From Lepidodermella squamata (taxonomy: Eukaryota; Animalia; Gastrotricha): DNA of 64,000 nucleotides. Shown piece by piece: positions 10,401 through 22,670 of this stretch. Position 1 is the stretch's first letter. Each line of letters starts with the position of its first letter. Where the stretch lies: assembly GCA_047495785.1 (NCBI GenBank), contig JBLDXI010000017.1, forward strand, positions 2,790,001 through 2,854,000, read 5' to 3'. Under the pieces are notes generated by a model. That model made no database searches. It was not told where the DNA came from and worked only from the letters and a program-made list of their open reading frames with translations. The translations under genes and the position numbers were made by a program.

Positions 10401-12996
10401 ATGCGGCGATAGGTAACTCACCGTAGAATCGCATCAGAAAAACCAGCCAGGTGAATCAAATAGGGTGAAATAGCTTGCTTCTCAACAAGCTGCTCTCCAA
10501 CCCGTCGCTGCGAGTCCTTGCGACAGCCGCCAGGGGATAGATCGACGTGACAGAAAATAGTAGACGGGCGAATCGTTTCGGCGTAAATTTTAGCGATATC
10601 GCCTAAACAGCGATCAGCCTCGCTGTCATCGCCGAAATTTTCACTACGACCATCCAGCCACATGACTGAGTCGAACAGAGAGCGATTTGATAACAAATGC
10701 AATAGTTCGTTGAGAACCAAATTGCTTTTCAAGTCATTTTTCTCGTTAGAACTTTCGCTATCGAAGCGAGCTTTCAGAGAAGCGACTTGGTCCAGAATTG
10801 TACCTTTTTCAGGTTCGACTTTGACCAGACTTGAAGATGAACCATCATAAGCGTAGAATTCGCATTGCTCGCAAGCTGATTTGCACATAAAAGCCAGTAA
10901 AGCAGCAGCCTCGGCAGCAGTTCGGCAGGGACCCATTGGGTTGTTCGCCCCGCCAATCGGGTGCTTGGCGCCCATATCCAAGAAAATCAAGGTTTTCCCT
11001 CGAATAGGCTGGATATTATAGGTCGTAGAGACCTGAAGAGCTGTGTTCAGCGCCTTTTTGTACTGATCAATCAGATCCTGAGTGTAATTCTCTGACTTTT
11101 TAAGTGACTTGGCAATTGAAGGCAAGCTGGCTGGGACAGCTTTCGGCATCAGTTTGGCCAAAGCCTGAAGAGCCGCCGATAAGGGCTTGTTCTTTGGATC
11201 GCTCGTAATGACTGGCTTTCCTCGTCTAGGATTCGACTTTTTGTCGCGTTTCTTGCTTGTTTTGGTCATAGTGGACCATTTTTCAAAAGTTTCTTTCTCT
11301 TTTTCAAGCAAACGGAGGACCTCGTAAGCGGACAAAAATCTGATAGGGAGCTGACGGGAGCGGATCACAGATTCCCTATCAGACAGTCGGTCAGCAGCCA
11401 TTTTGTGATGACGCTCGTCAATTCCAGCTCGCAATAAGTTCCTAATATTGCGCAATAAGGCCATGTATGGCAGCTTCCGATGGTCAAGTAAGGATTGCCA
11501 CACTTCAGGCTTGTTACCCTTCATCGAAATTTGCGTTTCCCAAGTTTCCGGGACAGGCAGCTTCATGCGTTTTCCAGCTTTCGACTTGTCAAAAGAGCCC
11601 GGTAGCTTAGAGTTGTAGAATTCAGTATCGGTGGAAGGATAACGCTTTCCAAGCAGAGCCATGACGTGATCAACCGGTTCGCGAATGTGTAAGCATCGAA
11701 TCATTCTTTTGATCGTAAAGATGCACTTAGGCTGAACAGGGGTGTTGGGTGTCGTAGGTGTGGTGAGTTCCATGTCTGAATCACTCTCGCTTTCAGTTTC
11801 CATCGCGTCGCTTTTCGGCTTACTCTTACTAGGCAATGGCTTTTTTGACTTTTTGATCCTAGCTTTCTCCTTGTTGTATTTGGCGAGTTGATAAGAGTCG
11901 AATTCAGGAAACTTGGCGCACATGGCAACACGCAGCGCCTTCGGTATTTCCCCATACTTTTTAGCTTTATCTGCAAAATATTGCCCCAATTCGACGATTT
12001 CAAGCCAGTCAGACGGCAATCGCACTACCGAGCGATAGTATTTAGTCAAATAAGGCCGAGTAGATTCCTGGAACGCAGAAAATGCCACCAAGAAGTTCGC
12101 AGCAGTTCTGATGTTCAATTCTTCTCGAGCGTACAGAGACAGCTTTAAAATGAACTCTGGATCAGAACCGGCTAAATTGCGCATCGATTCTACCCAAACT
12201 TCCGTGACTCGATTCGGAAACTTGAAATTGGGCATTGAAATCAACGCCGAAGCTAACCGATCAATCATGACAAGTTTCTGTTAAAGCAATAGCGTTAAAT
12301 GGATAATAATGCTTGATAAGAACATACCATTTGGATGGACTGGTCCATAACGGTTGGCAGTTTTCGACTCCATTGTTGAAGGGATCGACAGTCCGAATTT
12401 TCGACAACATGCAAGGAGTTCCAAATAGATGATAGGAATTCGCCTCCTCTTTTGAAATCACCAGCTTCATTGTGAGTTTGGGACTCGAAAATATCACGCA
12501 GGTCGATCGGCAGTTCAGCAGTAGGCGATTGCGCTTCGGCCGCGCTAGTTGCGGAGGTTATTCCAGTTGCAAGGACCCTGGCAGACGTTAACGGAGGTAG
12601 AGTTCGTACTTTCAGCTCGAGTGGCCTCGAAGTAGCCGGAGCTGAGCTGACATGAGCTGATAATGGTGATCGAAGAACGGAAACTGGTGTGTTATATTTG
12701 CGGGTGGATAAGAGAGTGCTACCATCGAGTTTGAGGCTGGTATTAGGCAAACTGGAAAGGGACGACAGCTTCAATGAGTTATTTTGAGTTGACGAAATAT
12801 TCAGCTTGGGTATAATAGGATTGGCCAAGCGAGGAATCTTCTGCGAGAGATCATTATCAGCCGACGGATAAGTTGATTCCAACGATTTTTTGGTCGCCTT
12901 GGACAGAGATAGAGATGATGAAGTAGTCGTGTATAATCCAGACGATAACAACCTGTTTTCAGTTGTCGTCAATCCTTTATTTTCATTAAGAACCAT
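4475..12996 (-). CDS. TEP1: Telomerase/vault protein component 1 (TROVE - vWA-like - DUF4062 - NACHT - WD40), 4 exons, about 2779 aa
   Basis: Exons 12996-12328, 12277-10422, 10347-5542 and 5483-4475 splice in frame at GT-AG junctions. TROVE: DPEFILKLSLYAREELNIR, FDSYQLAKYN, PETWETQIS, LPYMALLRNIRNLL. DUF4062: IRIFISSTFRDMHGERDLL, VDLRWGV. Walker A GAPGSGKS, Walker B LLVIDGLD. Many WD40 repeats. Confidence 0.93.
5044..5192 (-). repeat. 75-bp (25 aa) tandem duplication inside the last TEP1 exon
   Basis: GKVLVVPQFYELPSNGRGLPVATDR followed by GKVLVIPKSNEQSSNSRGLPVATDH. DNA copies start at 5044 and 5119. Confidence 0.85.
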
Positions 12997-13939
12997 TTTT
13001 GAAGTTCTAAACTGCCGAAAAATAATAATTGTAGCAGCAATGCAAAAAAGCTAAGAAATTGATACATTTTGAACGTGATTAAAGATACACAACAGGTGAA
13101 TCTATGGGACTGGTAAGGGGCGATTTGGGTAAAGTTGAAGCTGTAGCTGGTGAAGATTTTTAGAACATGGAAAGTTCGAAAGCAAGGTCTATTGTCGAAT
13201 AGTTAGAGCCATATTTTGATGTTGGACCATTTTCACTTATAACTACTTCTCCTCCGCCTCCTCCTCCTCAGATACCAGGTTGCATTGGCCTCCTAACAGA
13301 GAAACGTCTAGACTAGCAGGAGTAATATAAAATATAAAATTTCATAACCTTAAAAAGCAGCCATATGAATAGCCTATTATTTTCCTTGAATTTTAACTGG
13401 CTGATCTCTTATCTTCTTAATCAAAAAGACCATATGATGGCACTTGTGAATGAATCTCGCCTGGAAATAAATGGACGCCTCTCGTCGTTCCTAAGCGTTT
13501 CTGGCAAAAGCGTTTCCCAGCGTTACCAACGCCACCAGACCTCCGGCGTTTACTCGTCTTCTGCTTGTGAAAATAGAAACCCCTCAAGTAATCCAAAACA
13601 AATTCATGACCTCCCTTATAAAGCACGCGGAGTTCATGAAGTTAGATTGCAATAGCAGTGCTCAGGTTGGGCAGCCATCAGGCATAAGTCATCGAGCAGA
13701 CGTAACCTGACGACACTTTTGCAACTTAACAAGCTTCCTTATGCATAGAAATCACCTGCGGCTTAAAATAAAATTTGGCTAAGTTATAATTTTGGCATTA
13801 ATTTAAAAATAGAGCTTCAAATGGGGCATTTTTTATGTGATAAACAAACTCAAACGTAAAAGCGCGCGCTCTTTTCCGTTCTTCATCACGAGACCTCACC
13901 GGTTTCAAGCCGCGCGGTGACAAGGGACAAGGTGAGGGC

Positions 13940-14700
13940 TAGTTACCGCCGGTTACTCCTCGCATTTCGACTTCCCGCGCAATAGCAGACTTGTGACTTG
14001 TGTGGCGTGTGTGACTGGTGGCCTTTCCAGTGTTAAGTGCCCTGTGCCATGCTTTCAAGTAACCGACGGAGGAATCAGACATTTGTTGGGGATTTCGAAA
14101 GACTCGGGAGTTTCCAGTGTTTCCACAATTTGGAAATTAGCACCGTCAGTGACTGCAGCGAGCCGCCCTCCGCCCTACCACAGCGCCGTCTTCAGTCAAC
14201 TGTATACGATTGCGGCGAATCAGGAAAAGGTCGCAGGCTTCGTCTTGCTTGGACTTGATGCCGTGGTCTTACAGCTTCTTCCGAATGTCACGGTTTTGGT
14301 CGGACAACCACGGCGTGATTTCCGCCGCTTTCTCTCCGTCAGGTATTGCCTTGACGCTTCAGTCAGTTTACCTCGGAGAACCGCTGAATCATCTTTTATC
14401 GGAATAATGTGGGGCGTGTGTGACTGGCCTAGTCTTTCTTCCTGACATCTCAATCTTAAGTGCCCAGTGCCATGCTTTCAAGTAACCGACGGAGGAATCG
14501 GACATATGTTTGGGATGTTGCATCGATGAATATTTATTTGGTAGTAAGTTTCCTGTGTCCATGTTTGACAGATTAGTTAGCCTTCTTTGGGTTGTCACGT
14601 CGTCACGTGATGCCGCAACGTTGATCTGTCTTCAAGTCCTTGCCTTAAATGCTTGGATTCACAGATTGCTAGTTATCAAGCAGAAGTATTTTCCTTGGGT
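13940..14700 (-). pseudogene. Decayed coding or transposon-derived relic with an internal ~423-bp duplication
   Basis: One minus frame reads protein-like across several stops (EKAAEITPWLSDQNRDIRKKL*DHGIKSKQDEACDLFLIRRNR...) and contains MSDSSVGYLKAWH[W/R]AL twice. Confidence 0.35.
14033..14516. repeat. Direct repeat, 61-bp cores at 14033-14093 and 14456-14516
   Basis: TTAAGTGCCC(T/A)GTGCCATGCTTTCAAGTAACCGACGGAGGAATC(A/G)GACAT..., 4 mismatches in 61. Weaker similarity extends on both sides. Confidence 0.9.
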
Positions 14701-15206
14701 GCTGTTTCACTAAGCCTAGGATATTTACTTCAGTGGCAGAGATAAATGGTCGCTCGGGGGATGAACGCAACCTGTCTTCGCCTCAAAAATGCCATAAAAA
14801 AATCCACTATTTTTACTATTCGGATGGCTCAAGATGGGATAATGATTGCAAGGCGACGAAATGCTTCAAAAACGCAGACGGGTCTGTGTCTTTATTTCAA
14901 TCTTGCTAGGGTCTCCGCCACTGATTTAATTTTTGCCGGTATTGCCACCCCAGAAGACTTTTTCAACAGACTTGAATACCAACAGTGGCTTAGATTATGC
15001 GAAATGAATCAGTTGCTCGTGGGCGCCCCCTCCCGGAGTGGGTCAGTGACAATGTCGTATTGACCATCATTTCGTGAGCAAAATTCAATTTGCGAACCAA
15101 AACTTCGTCAGTTTGGCCCAACAGTGGCAAAATCGAATTAAAAAATCAAGAGGTCATTTATTTCATCTCTCGCACGATCACTCATCTCTCAATTACTGCT
15201 AAAAAC

Positions 15207-15470
15207 CTATCGCGGACACTTGGCATACATAAATAATAGCACGATAATCGCGCCGCAAATTATTGCGCCAAGAATAGCAAACCCAAGAGCGAAAAGCCGG
15301 GATCGTTTGGCCGATCGCTTGGGAGGAGTTCTGCATCGCCCTGGCGACTGAATCTTGCAATTTGGTTCGACAACTGGAAGAATCGAACCGCTTGGACCTT
15401 TGATAGACATGGGCGATATGGTTGCTAGTCCCAAATGAAAATCATCGTGCGCACTTCTATTGTGAGGGAG
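15207..15470 (-). CDS. Probable last exon of a small tail-anchored membrane protein (5' exons unresolved)
   Basis: Basic stretch then a single hydrophobic helix at the C-terminus: KRSAKRSRLFALGFAILGAIICGAIIVLLFMYAKCPR*. AATAAA lies downstream. Divergent from SmD2. Confidence 0.4.
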   Translation of the reverse strand, partial: LPHNRSAHDDFHLGLATISPMSIKGPSGSILPVVEPNCKIQSPGRCRTPPKRSAKRSRLFALGFAILGAIICGAIIVLLFMYAKCPR

Positions 15471-15877
15471 ATTTGTCGAAAAAGGCTACTTGTATTGAGG
15501 ATTGTTGCTTTTTTAATCCTAATCTACGAAATTCTGCAATAGTTAACCAGGTTATGCGCATCGCTTTAGCCACACGCCAAGTCAAATGGCACCTTTCCTC
15601 GATGGGTTCCTGAATTGACATTTCCACCTGAAGATGTAGGGATTTGGGATAGTAGAAATCAAACTTATATATGTGTTTGAACGGATAGTTAGTGAAGGTG
15701 TGAGAATCTTGACTATGAGCTAAGTGCTTCACCGATAAATGCCAGTTGATAGTCAGAAATTACTGAAACGTATCAAGTTTGACGCCAAATCATGCATTGT
15801 TTGTACATATTGCGCATTATATTCGTGTTGCTTTAGATATTATTGATATTACATTTTTTGGAAACTAATCGTAAACC

Positions 15878-16358
15878 ATGACGTAAGTATTTCAAATGTG
15901 CCTGAACATAATTTTCAAATATTTATTACACAGCACCGCGGCGAAACCTCGTACTGAAATGACCCCTGAAGAACTGGCTCAACGTGAAAAAGAAGAATTT
16001 GAAACTGGACCGCTTTCTGTTTTGACTCAGGCTGTGAAAAACAACACGCAGGTTTTGATTAATTGCCGCAACAACCGCAAAATTTTAGCCCGCGTGAAAG
16101 CGTTTGACAGGTATTTTTATGCAATTGTTACAGTCCTCTGTTACGCTTTTACGTTGTAGGCATTTCAATATGGTCTTGGAAAATGTCAAAGAGATGTGGA
16201 CCGAAGTTCCAAAGAGCGGCAAGGGAAAAAAGCGATCGAAGCCAATTAACCGAGATCGCTTCATCAGCAAACTGTTCCTCCGTGGCGATTCGATAATTCT
16301 TGTTTTGCGTAATCCGTTGGCAACCATCGGTGGAGGTGCTGAAGGCAGCAAAGCTTGA
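15878..16358 (+). CDS. SNRPD2: Small nuclear ribonucleoprotein Sm D2, 3 exons (15878-15882, 15934-16110, 16160-16358)
   Basis: [40 protein letters not shown]|[17 protein letters not shown]...[21 protein letters not shown]. Confidence 0.97.
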
Positions 16359-17382
16359 ACCTTTCTGAAGCTCAATTCAATATAAGTCTGCTGACTCATC
16401 GTGATTCTAGCCAGCGAATTTGTGTTTTTCTAGTTGACGAATAAATATCACGCTCCGTTTGCTAGATCCAAGTTACCGATTTCAGTTTTTGCGTGCAATT
16501 TTGCCTTTGGGAATGCAGGATACCTAACATTTGCTAGTAGTGATGCACAAAAAGCAGTTATCGAACAATTTAACTATCTATCCTATTGAGAGTCTCGATT
16601 GGTGAATCCAGATCCGTGAATCTTAACGTGGGCAAAAGCACCAGGTGACAGCGTAGCCGAACTCCATGATTTCACGAGCTTATTCAGCAGTTGAGGAAGC
16701 TATTTTCTAGTTTCACTTCGAATCGGGACTCATTAAAGCATTTTAAGAAATCTGGGTACTATACCTGTATTTCTGTATTTCAACCGAGTAAAAATGACGG
16801 CTTTGCATGTCGGAAACAGCAGGCTTTGTGATCAAAGCCTAAAGACTGGGACTGGTGGCATTATTCGCATGATATGTATGAATTTCGAAGATTCCCCCAA
16901 AAATCCTGATGAAATTAACGCAATTTCGCTTGCCCTATTCTGTTTCTTCTGATTCAATAGGTTCAGCTTCAGGCAGATTCAAATTGATACTCTTATTTCA
17001 GAGTTCAGTTTAAGTCACCTATAGTTTATCAATCCTTTCCATTCAGGCGAAGAAAACAAGGTTCAAATCATCTTTAGGACGTGATGCAAACTATCTCGTA
17101 TTATGAGGAGGATTGGCCACTTTCAGGAAAGGCATCACATCGATGAATCCTGCGCACCTTTTATAAATGGCTTGATTTTACCGAAAATAGCTCTAATTTC
17201 CAATGCGCTGCTGGTAAAATACCATAATGTCACAGATGCACGCTTGTGGCAGTTGGATTGGCTAGTTACAAAAATCAGCACATCAAGTTGGTTAAAAAAG
17301 TATCTATTAGGATGCTGGTAGTGCTATCCCGCAATAGATTTTATGGCTTTGTTGGATCTTTGAACGTAATTTGACAAATGGC

Positions 17383-17476
17383 CGAATAATAAGTAGTTAG
17401 TTAGATCGAATAATAAGAGTTAGTTAGATCGAATTCGCTCAAGGTTTAGGACTAGAATTCTGAATTCTGAATTCTA
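17383..17476. repeat. Short tandem repeats
   Basis: CGAATAATAAG(T)AGTTAGTTAGAT x2 (17383-17429) and (GAATTCT) x3 near 17455-17475. Confidence 0.85.
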
Positions 17477-20374
17477 TACCCAAATGCCTAAAGCTATTGA
17501 TTCGGGAACTTGAAAATCTGGCTGATCGATTATTTCGTGCAGGTAGACGCGATCTGTTTCTAAATGGCTGTGACTCCAAGTCTTAGACATGTTGGAACCA
17601 CGTTGGAGCTGGGAAACTTCTTTGTTACCCAAGATCTTGGTTAAAGGTTAACGGCATGCTGGTTTCCGAAGTCAGGGTTTCTTTTGAGAGCTGCGTAATC
17701 GGAAAAAAAGTTGGAAACACCAGCGTTTTACGATTCCGTTTCCTAATTTAAAATTTAAAATTTCAACAAATCTCATATAACAAATCCGCACAGCTACTTC
17801 GAAGAACTGTAAAATTGTCGTTGGAAATAGGTAGTTATGCCTGCTAACTAGGTATTTATTGGTAATTATTCGGAAGTAAATTACTGTCAACTCAAAATCG
17901 GCGAGGAGTTTTCTTTTCTCTGACCAAGATATGCCTGTTCAGCGCAGTGATTCTTCGCGCTAAACTCGACCCCTCAATCCGTGAAGAGTATTCCAACTGA
18001 CTTCAGACGCCAATGATTTTTTTATAAGCATATATGATTATAGACTGTGCGCCACGCCAATTACTGCAATACCTCAGATATTTCAACAGCGCATGTTTTT
18101 TCTCCCTCCTCCCTCCTCTTCAATATCAATTTTTCGAAGATAAGTACACCATGCTGACTTCGCAGAAAAACCGTGTGAGTATGGAGGAGAGGGCGTATTG
18201 AGCTGCCCAAGGGGCCGATCTCATTTCAAAAGCTTTTATGCTTAAGTGCAGCGCAATGTTACGATTTATTGTCGCCCCCTCAATAGCCCGTCCCAGTTGC
18301 CATGCAATTCACATAAGAAGTATCGTTACATGCGTTCAGATATTACTGAACTCTATTACGGCGTTGGAAAGTTACAGTTTGGTATCAATGGCACTTGAGA
18401 TGATTTAAACTCGTTTAGCGATCATCTGCGCTGTTTATCACATCCGTATTCCAGCTTAATCGATTGGCCCCCTCGTGTCGTTGAACAACTTGTGGTGTAT
18501 TGAGCTGGGCCTAGGGCGAAGCTCTTGCAGAGCGCATGCACGCTCGATATGTTACTTGCATGATGATGCCCTCAGGCTATCTGAGCAATTAGGCTCTGTG
18601 ACAAAATTAAGCCGGATAACCGTGGCTGCCGTGCGATTAACTACAGCCAGGAGATAATCGACAATAAACGTTGTACCATGAGCAGCAAACTCACGTTGAG
18701 TTTGTAATTAGATAGCGACGCAGGGGGCGCCGATTACCCGATGGTGCGCCTGGTATAGTGTTGTCATACATGGCCATCTCTCTGTTATCGTCAACACCTT
18801 CACGGTCAAGGACGCGTTCACATACAGCGTATAGGCGAGATAACAAGCCCATCGATGAGCATCAGAGCAGGTAGTACTACCGTTTTGAGCCACGTCACTC
18901 CATCGCTGTGACAAGTGGCGTCAGGCATTTGACAAGTGTCTTGATACAAAAACACAACAACCACTCGAGCATTTTACGGTGTTTAACCAAACGATTAAGC
19001 GACCGGATAAACTGCGCGTTCGCAAGCTGCGCCGATGATGATACCTCTACTCCGCATCTTCACGCCCTGCTAAACGCGTGCGGTAGAAATTTTCGTTAAT
19101 GTGATTAAAGCCACGCGGGATTATCCACCCTAATTCGTTACAAGATAGGCAGTAGGTGTGGCGCCAAAATGGATGTAACCGAATACGCAGCAAGACTTCA
19201 CACGGCTGTGTTTGTGCGAGACATGGCCGCGGATAGAGACTATGGTTTTTCCCAATAACCACCAGCACCGCCGTCTAGCAGGTTCGTCAACTTGTCTCGG
19301 AGACACGAGTGGGCACCACCGCTGCTGCTGCCGAATTTCAACTGGGTGCGGGCGCGTGTTTGCCACTCTCATGGCTCGATGGGGCTCTCCTCTCGTCGCA
19401 CAAGTGTATTTGTCAACGCAATCATAACAAGACGAAGTTTGAAGAAAATTTGCATTTCAACAACAGTGCGTGTGTATGTATAGGTATATAACCGAGGGCC
19501 AAAAATAACAACAAACATATGAGAGTCATGTTTATACGTCAATCAAAATCTAAAATAAACGCCACAATGGGTTTGCTTGCGTCAAAACGCTCTGACGTCA
19601 AACAAATTGGTAATGGAAACTTGCAAATGGAATTCGGTTATGCGGTTATACGGTGAGAAAACGCGTGAAAGTTATTAGTTTTCCGCCACATTAGACCGCA
19701 ATCACGAGGAGTTGAACGATCGTGAAAAATTATTGATGACGAAAATAGGCGCGTGTGTTGGGTCGCGTTGATTTCTGCATTAGACACGCTGCTGGTGAAG
19801 CCCGAACGCGATGATTATTGCCGTATTGATAATACTAAACAGCCTGGAAACGATGAGCGAGTAAAATAATTACGACAGTACAGCAGTGATAAGGTGTCAA
19901 TTCTCGACGCTTACAGAGGTGCGCGTGTAAGTGATAATGTGGCTCATCGTCATCTCCGTGAATGAGCCACACGCCCAACAAGCCAGGCGTGAGAGCCCTT
20001 AAATTGCATTCCCATTTTCACGCAGTTAGTCACAGCAACACTTCGATTATCGGCGGCGCTATAGGTGGGGCTTCTTTCCTCAGCAGTACAGATTATCACA
20101 CTGTTTATAGATAGCTATTTTGTCATTATCATCCTCATATTAATAATCTCAACAATGCCATCGTAAAATCAGCTGGCCACTACTGCGACTACTACTGCTA
20201 TTACCTGTGATATTACAACAAAAATACAACATGTAATGTTCTTAATGCATCAATGCGTTTCTATGTCAATCAATGGGGTGTGTTGCCCTATACTCCTTTT
20301 GCACATAATCACATGTGGGGCGCGCACATGAGGTTATTTGCGCGCGCTGCTGCCTTCGCCGGGGCGACAGGCCG

Positions 20375-20420
20375 GCTCTGACCAATAGCGTGCGTCGTTC
20401 TGCGTTCCGGCCAATCACAG
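20375..20420 (+). promoter_or_regulatory. Paired CCAAT (NF-Y-like) boxes in the putative Nkx2.1 promoter
   Basis: GACCAATAG and GGCCAATCAC about 30 bp apart in a GC-rich patch ~310-340 bp upstream of the ATG. Confidence 0.5.
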
Positions 20421-20721
20421 CGTGAGGCTGCGTTATGCGCCTTCTTAAGGCTGCCGAATGACGGCTTCTCGGACACACACGAGAGGCAGTTGACGCACAA
20501 GTGTTCTTCGCTTTTACATCGTGCGCTCGATATCCATTTTTACCATTTCACATTTTTCACTCGATTCGCCTCTCAACGTTCGGTTTGAGTATCCTCCTGT
20601 CGCCCGATATCGTTTTGTTGAAGAGAGAAAGAAACATCTCATTCTTTCGCTTCATTTAATAGACGTAGCTTAATAACAGTAATTAACCGTCATCCTCCAA
20701 ATAAAATCGGCTATAAATACC

Positions 20722-22670
20722 ATGGCTTCGACTACGACCGGTTCGGCAAATGCGACCGGCGGCTTTTCAGTTTCTGACATCTTGAGCCCGCTCGAGGAGA
20801 ACTATCGCAAGTTCGCTGTCGAACAAGCCGGATTCGCCGCGGCAGCCGCCTATCGTTTGCCTCAAGCAGCGCATTGCGGCTTGACTAACAGGTTAGCGAA
20901 AACTTTTTTTTTCATGTAACCCACTGCCGTAAGTCGGCCCATCGACGTCTCAAGAGAAGTTCTTTTAATCAAGTTGACAGCGACACCGCTACGTTGACAA
21001 AACGGGCGTCAATCAGCTGCGCGTCAATTGATGCGCGCAAAAAGCTCAATTTTATTTTGGGTGTGGGAAAATCTGTCGCATCAACCACTCAATTGGCGTC
21101 CTTTTTAATTGCTTGAATAGCTGTAGATATCTCACGATATGGGTGTAAAAAGAAATAAAAGGCCTTGAGGTGAAAATTATAGGGGGCAACCACTCATCAT
21201 TGCCAGGTGTAAATAACACGACGGCATTTAAATGGCAAATCGCTTCAATTTCGATTTCTGTTCCTCCTTAACCAGTGTCGTGAATCAAGCTGCCAATGTC
21301 TACGCCGCTGCTTCCCAACCCTACTCGAACGCCTACCACAACGCTTCGGCTTCGAGTCTCATGTCAGCGACTCAGTACTACGGCGCTGCTGCCGAACTAG
21401 CAGCGGCTACCGGCTATGGTTCGACCCAGGATAAACAAGGCTGGTATGCGCCAGCACGTAAGTTTTTCAAATTTCTCTTCCCACCACGGAGATTTTATAT
21501 TTTTGCTTTATTTTAGTCTCGCGATTCATGCCAGGCAGTTCTTCCTCGATGGCTGCGCTAACATCGGCGTTTGGCGCAGCGGCTGCTGCTGCCGACCAGC
21601 GCCAGTCGATAAATCAAGCGTCGCTTGCCTTGGCTGCTGCAAGTGCCGCCGGTCTTCCACAAAGCCTTCACTCGCTGGCAGCGGCTGCGCAACGTCGAAA
21701 ACGTCGCATTTTGTTCACCCAGGCGCAAGTCTACGAGCTGGAACGGAGATTCAAGTCACAAAAGTACTTATCCGCCCCTGAGCGTGAGCAATTATCAGCG
21801 ATGATCAACCTAAGCCCTACTCAGGTGAGTTATTAATCCGCTTAAAAAAACATCACGAGCTATAACCTCGTGATTTTGTAAAAATACGGCTTCCTAATTC
21901 CTAATATTTGTTTTCAGGTGAAAATCTGGTTTCAAAATCATCGTTACAAGTGCAAGCGTGCGCAGAAGGAGCGCGAAAAGGCTGAGCAGGCTGAGAAAAA
22001 GCACGGCAGCCATCACAAGTCTTCGAGCGGCAACAACAACCACCACGATGTGAACGCCTCGCCTCTTCACACGAATAACGCCAACAACTCGTCGTCGCCG
22101 AAACGCGTCGCAGTGCCAGTTATCGTTAAGGATGGCAAGCAGCAGATCAGCGGCAGCGCGAAGCCGTCGCAGCAGCAACAGCCTACTATCCAGCAGCAGC
22201 AAACGCCGCAAATGCCGCAGCAATTTACGAGCGCCCAGTTCGCGAATAGCGGCCAGTTCGACGCGGGTCAACAATCGTCGTTCCTCAGCTCGACGCCTTT
22301 CGCATCGACCGGGAATTCGTTCAACACGTACCAGCAAGCGCTTCTAGCCGATCAACAGGCCGCTTACGATGCGCCATTTTCGTTCGCGGGCCAGTCGGCT
22401 CAATTCTATCAGCAAAGTTTGTTGGCAGCGCGACAGCAGACAGCTTCCACGCCGACTGGAACTCAAGCGTCGGCGCAGCAGCAGCAACAACCCATGGGTG
22501 GCATGACCCGCCAGACGGGTTCTTCTTCCTCGCTAACCAGCGACTCCGGCGCATCTTCTGCCACTTCCTCGGTCATGGATTTCTCAGGCGGCGCCCTAGC
22601 GGCGGCCACCAACGTCCTTGTCGATGCATTGTCGTCGTCGAACGGCCGTGGCGTTGTTGTTCGGCAGTGA
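20722..22670 (+). CDS. NKX2-1: NK2.1/scarecrow-class homeobox transcription factor, 4 exons (20722-20891, 21276-21457, 21517-21824, 21918-22670)
   Basis: TN motif [20 protein letters not shown] motif, homeodomain [44 protein letters not shown]|[14 protein letters not shown] (Tyr54), NK2-[17 protein letters not shown]. Confidence 0.95.

Noticed and set aside
13936-13990. Vault-RNA-like look (TAGTTACCGCCGGTTACT...TTCGACTTCCCGCG) near TEP1
   Set aside because: Boxes A and B deviate from consensus, there is no Pol III terminator, and it lies inside the decayed relic.
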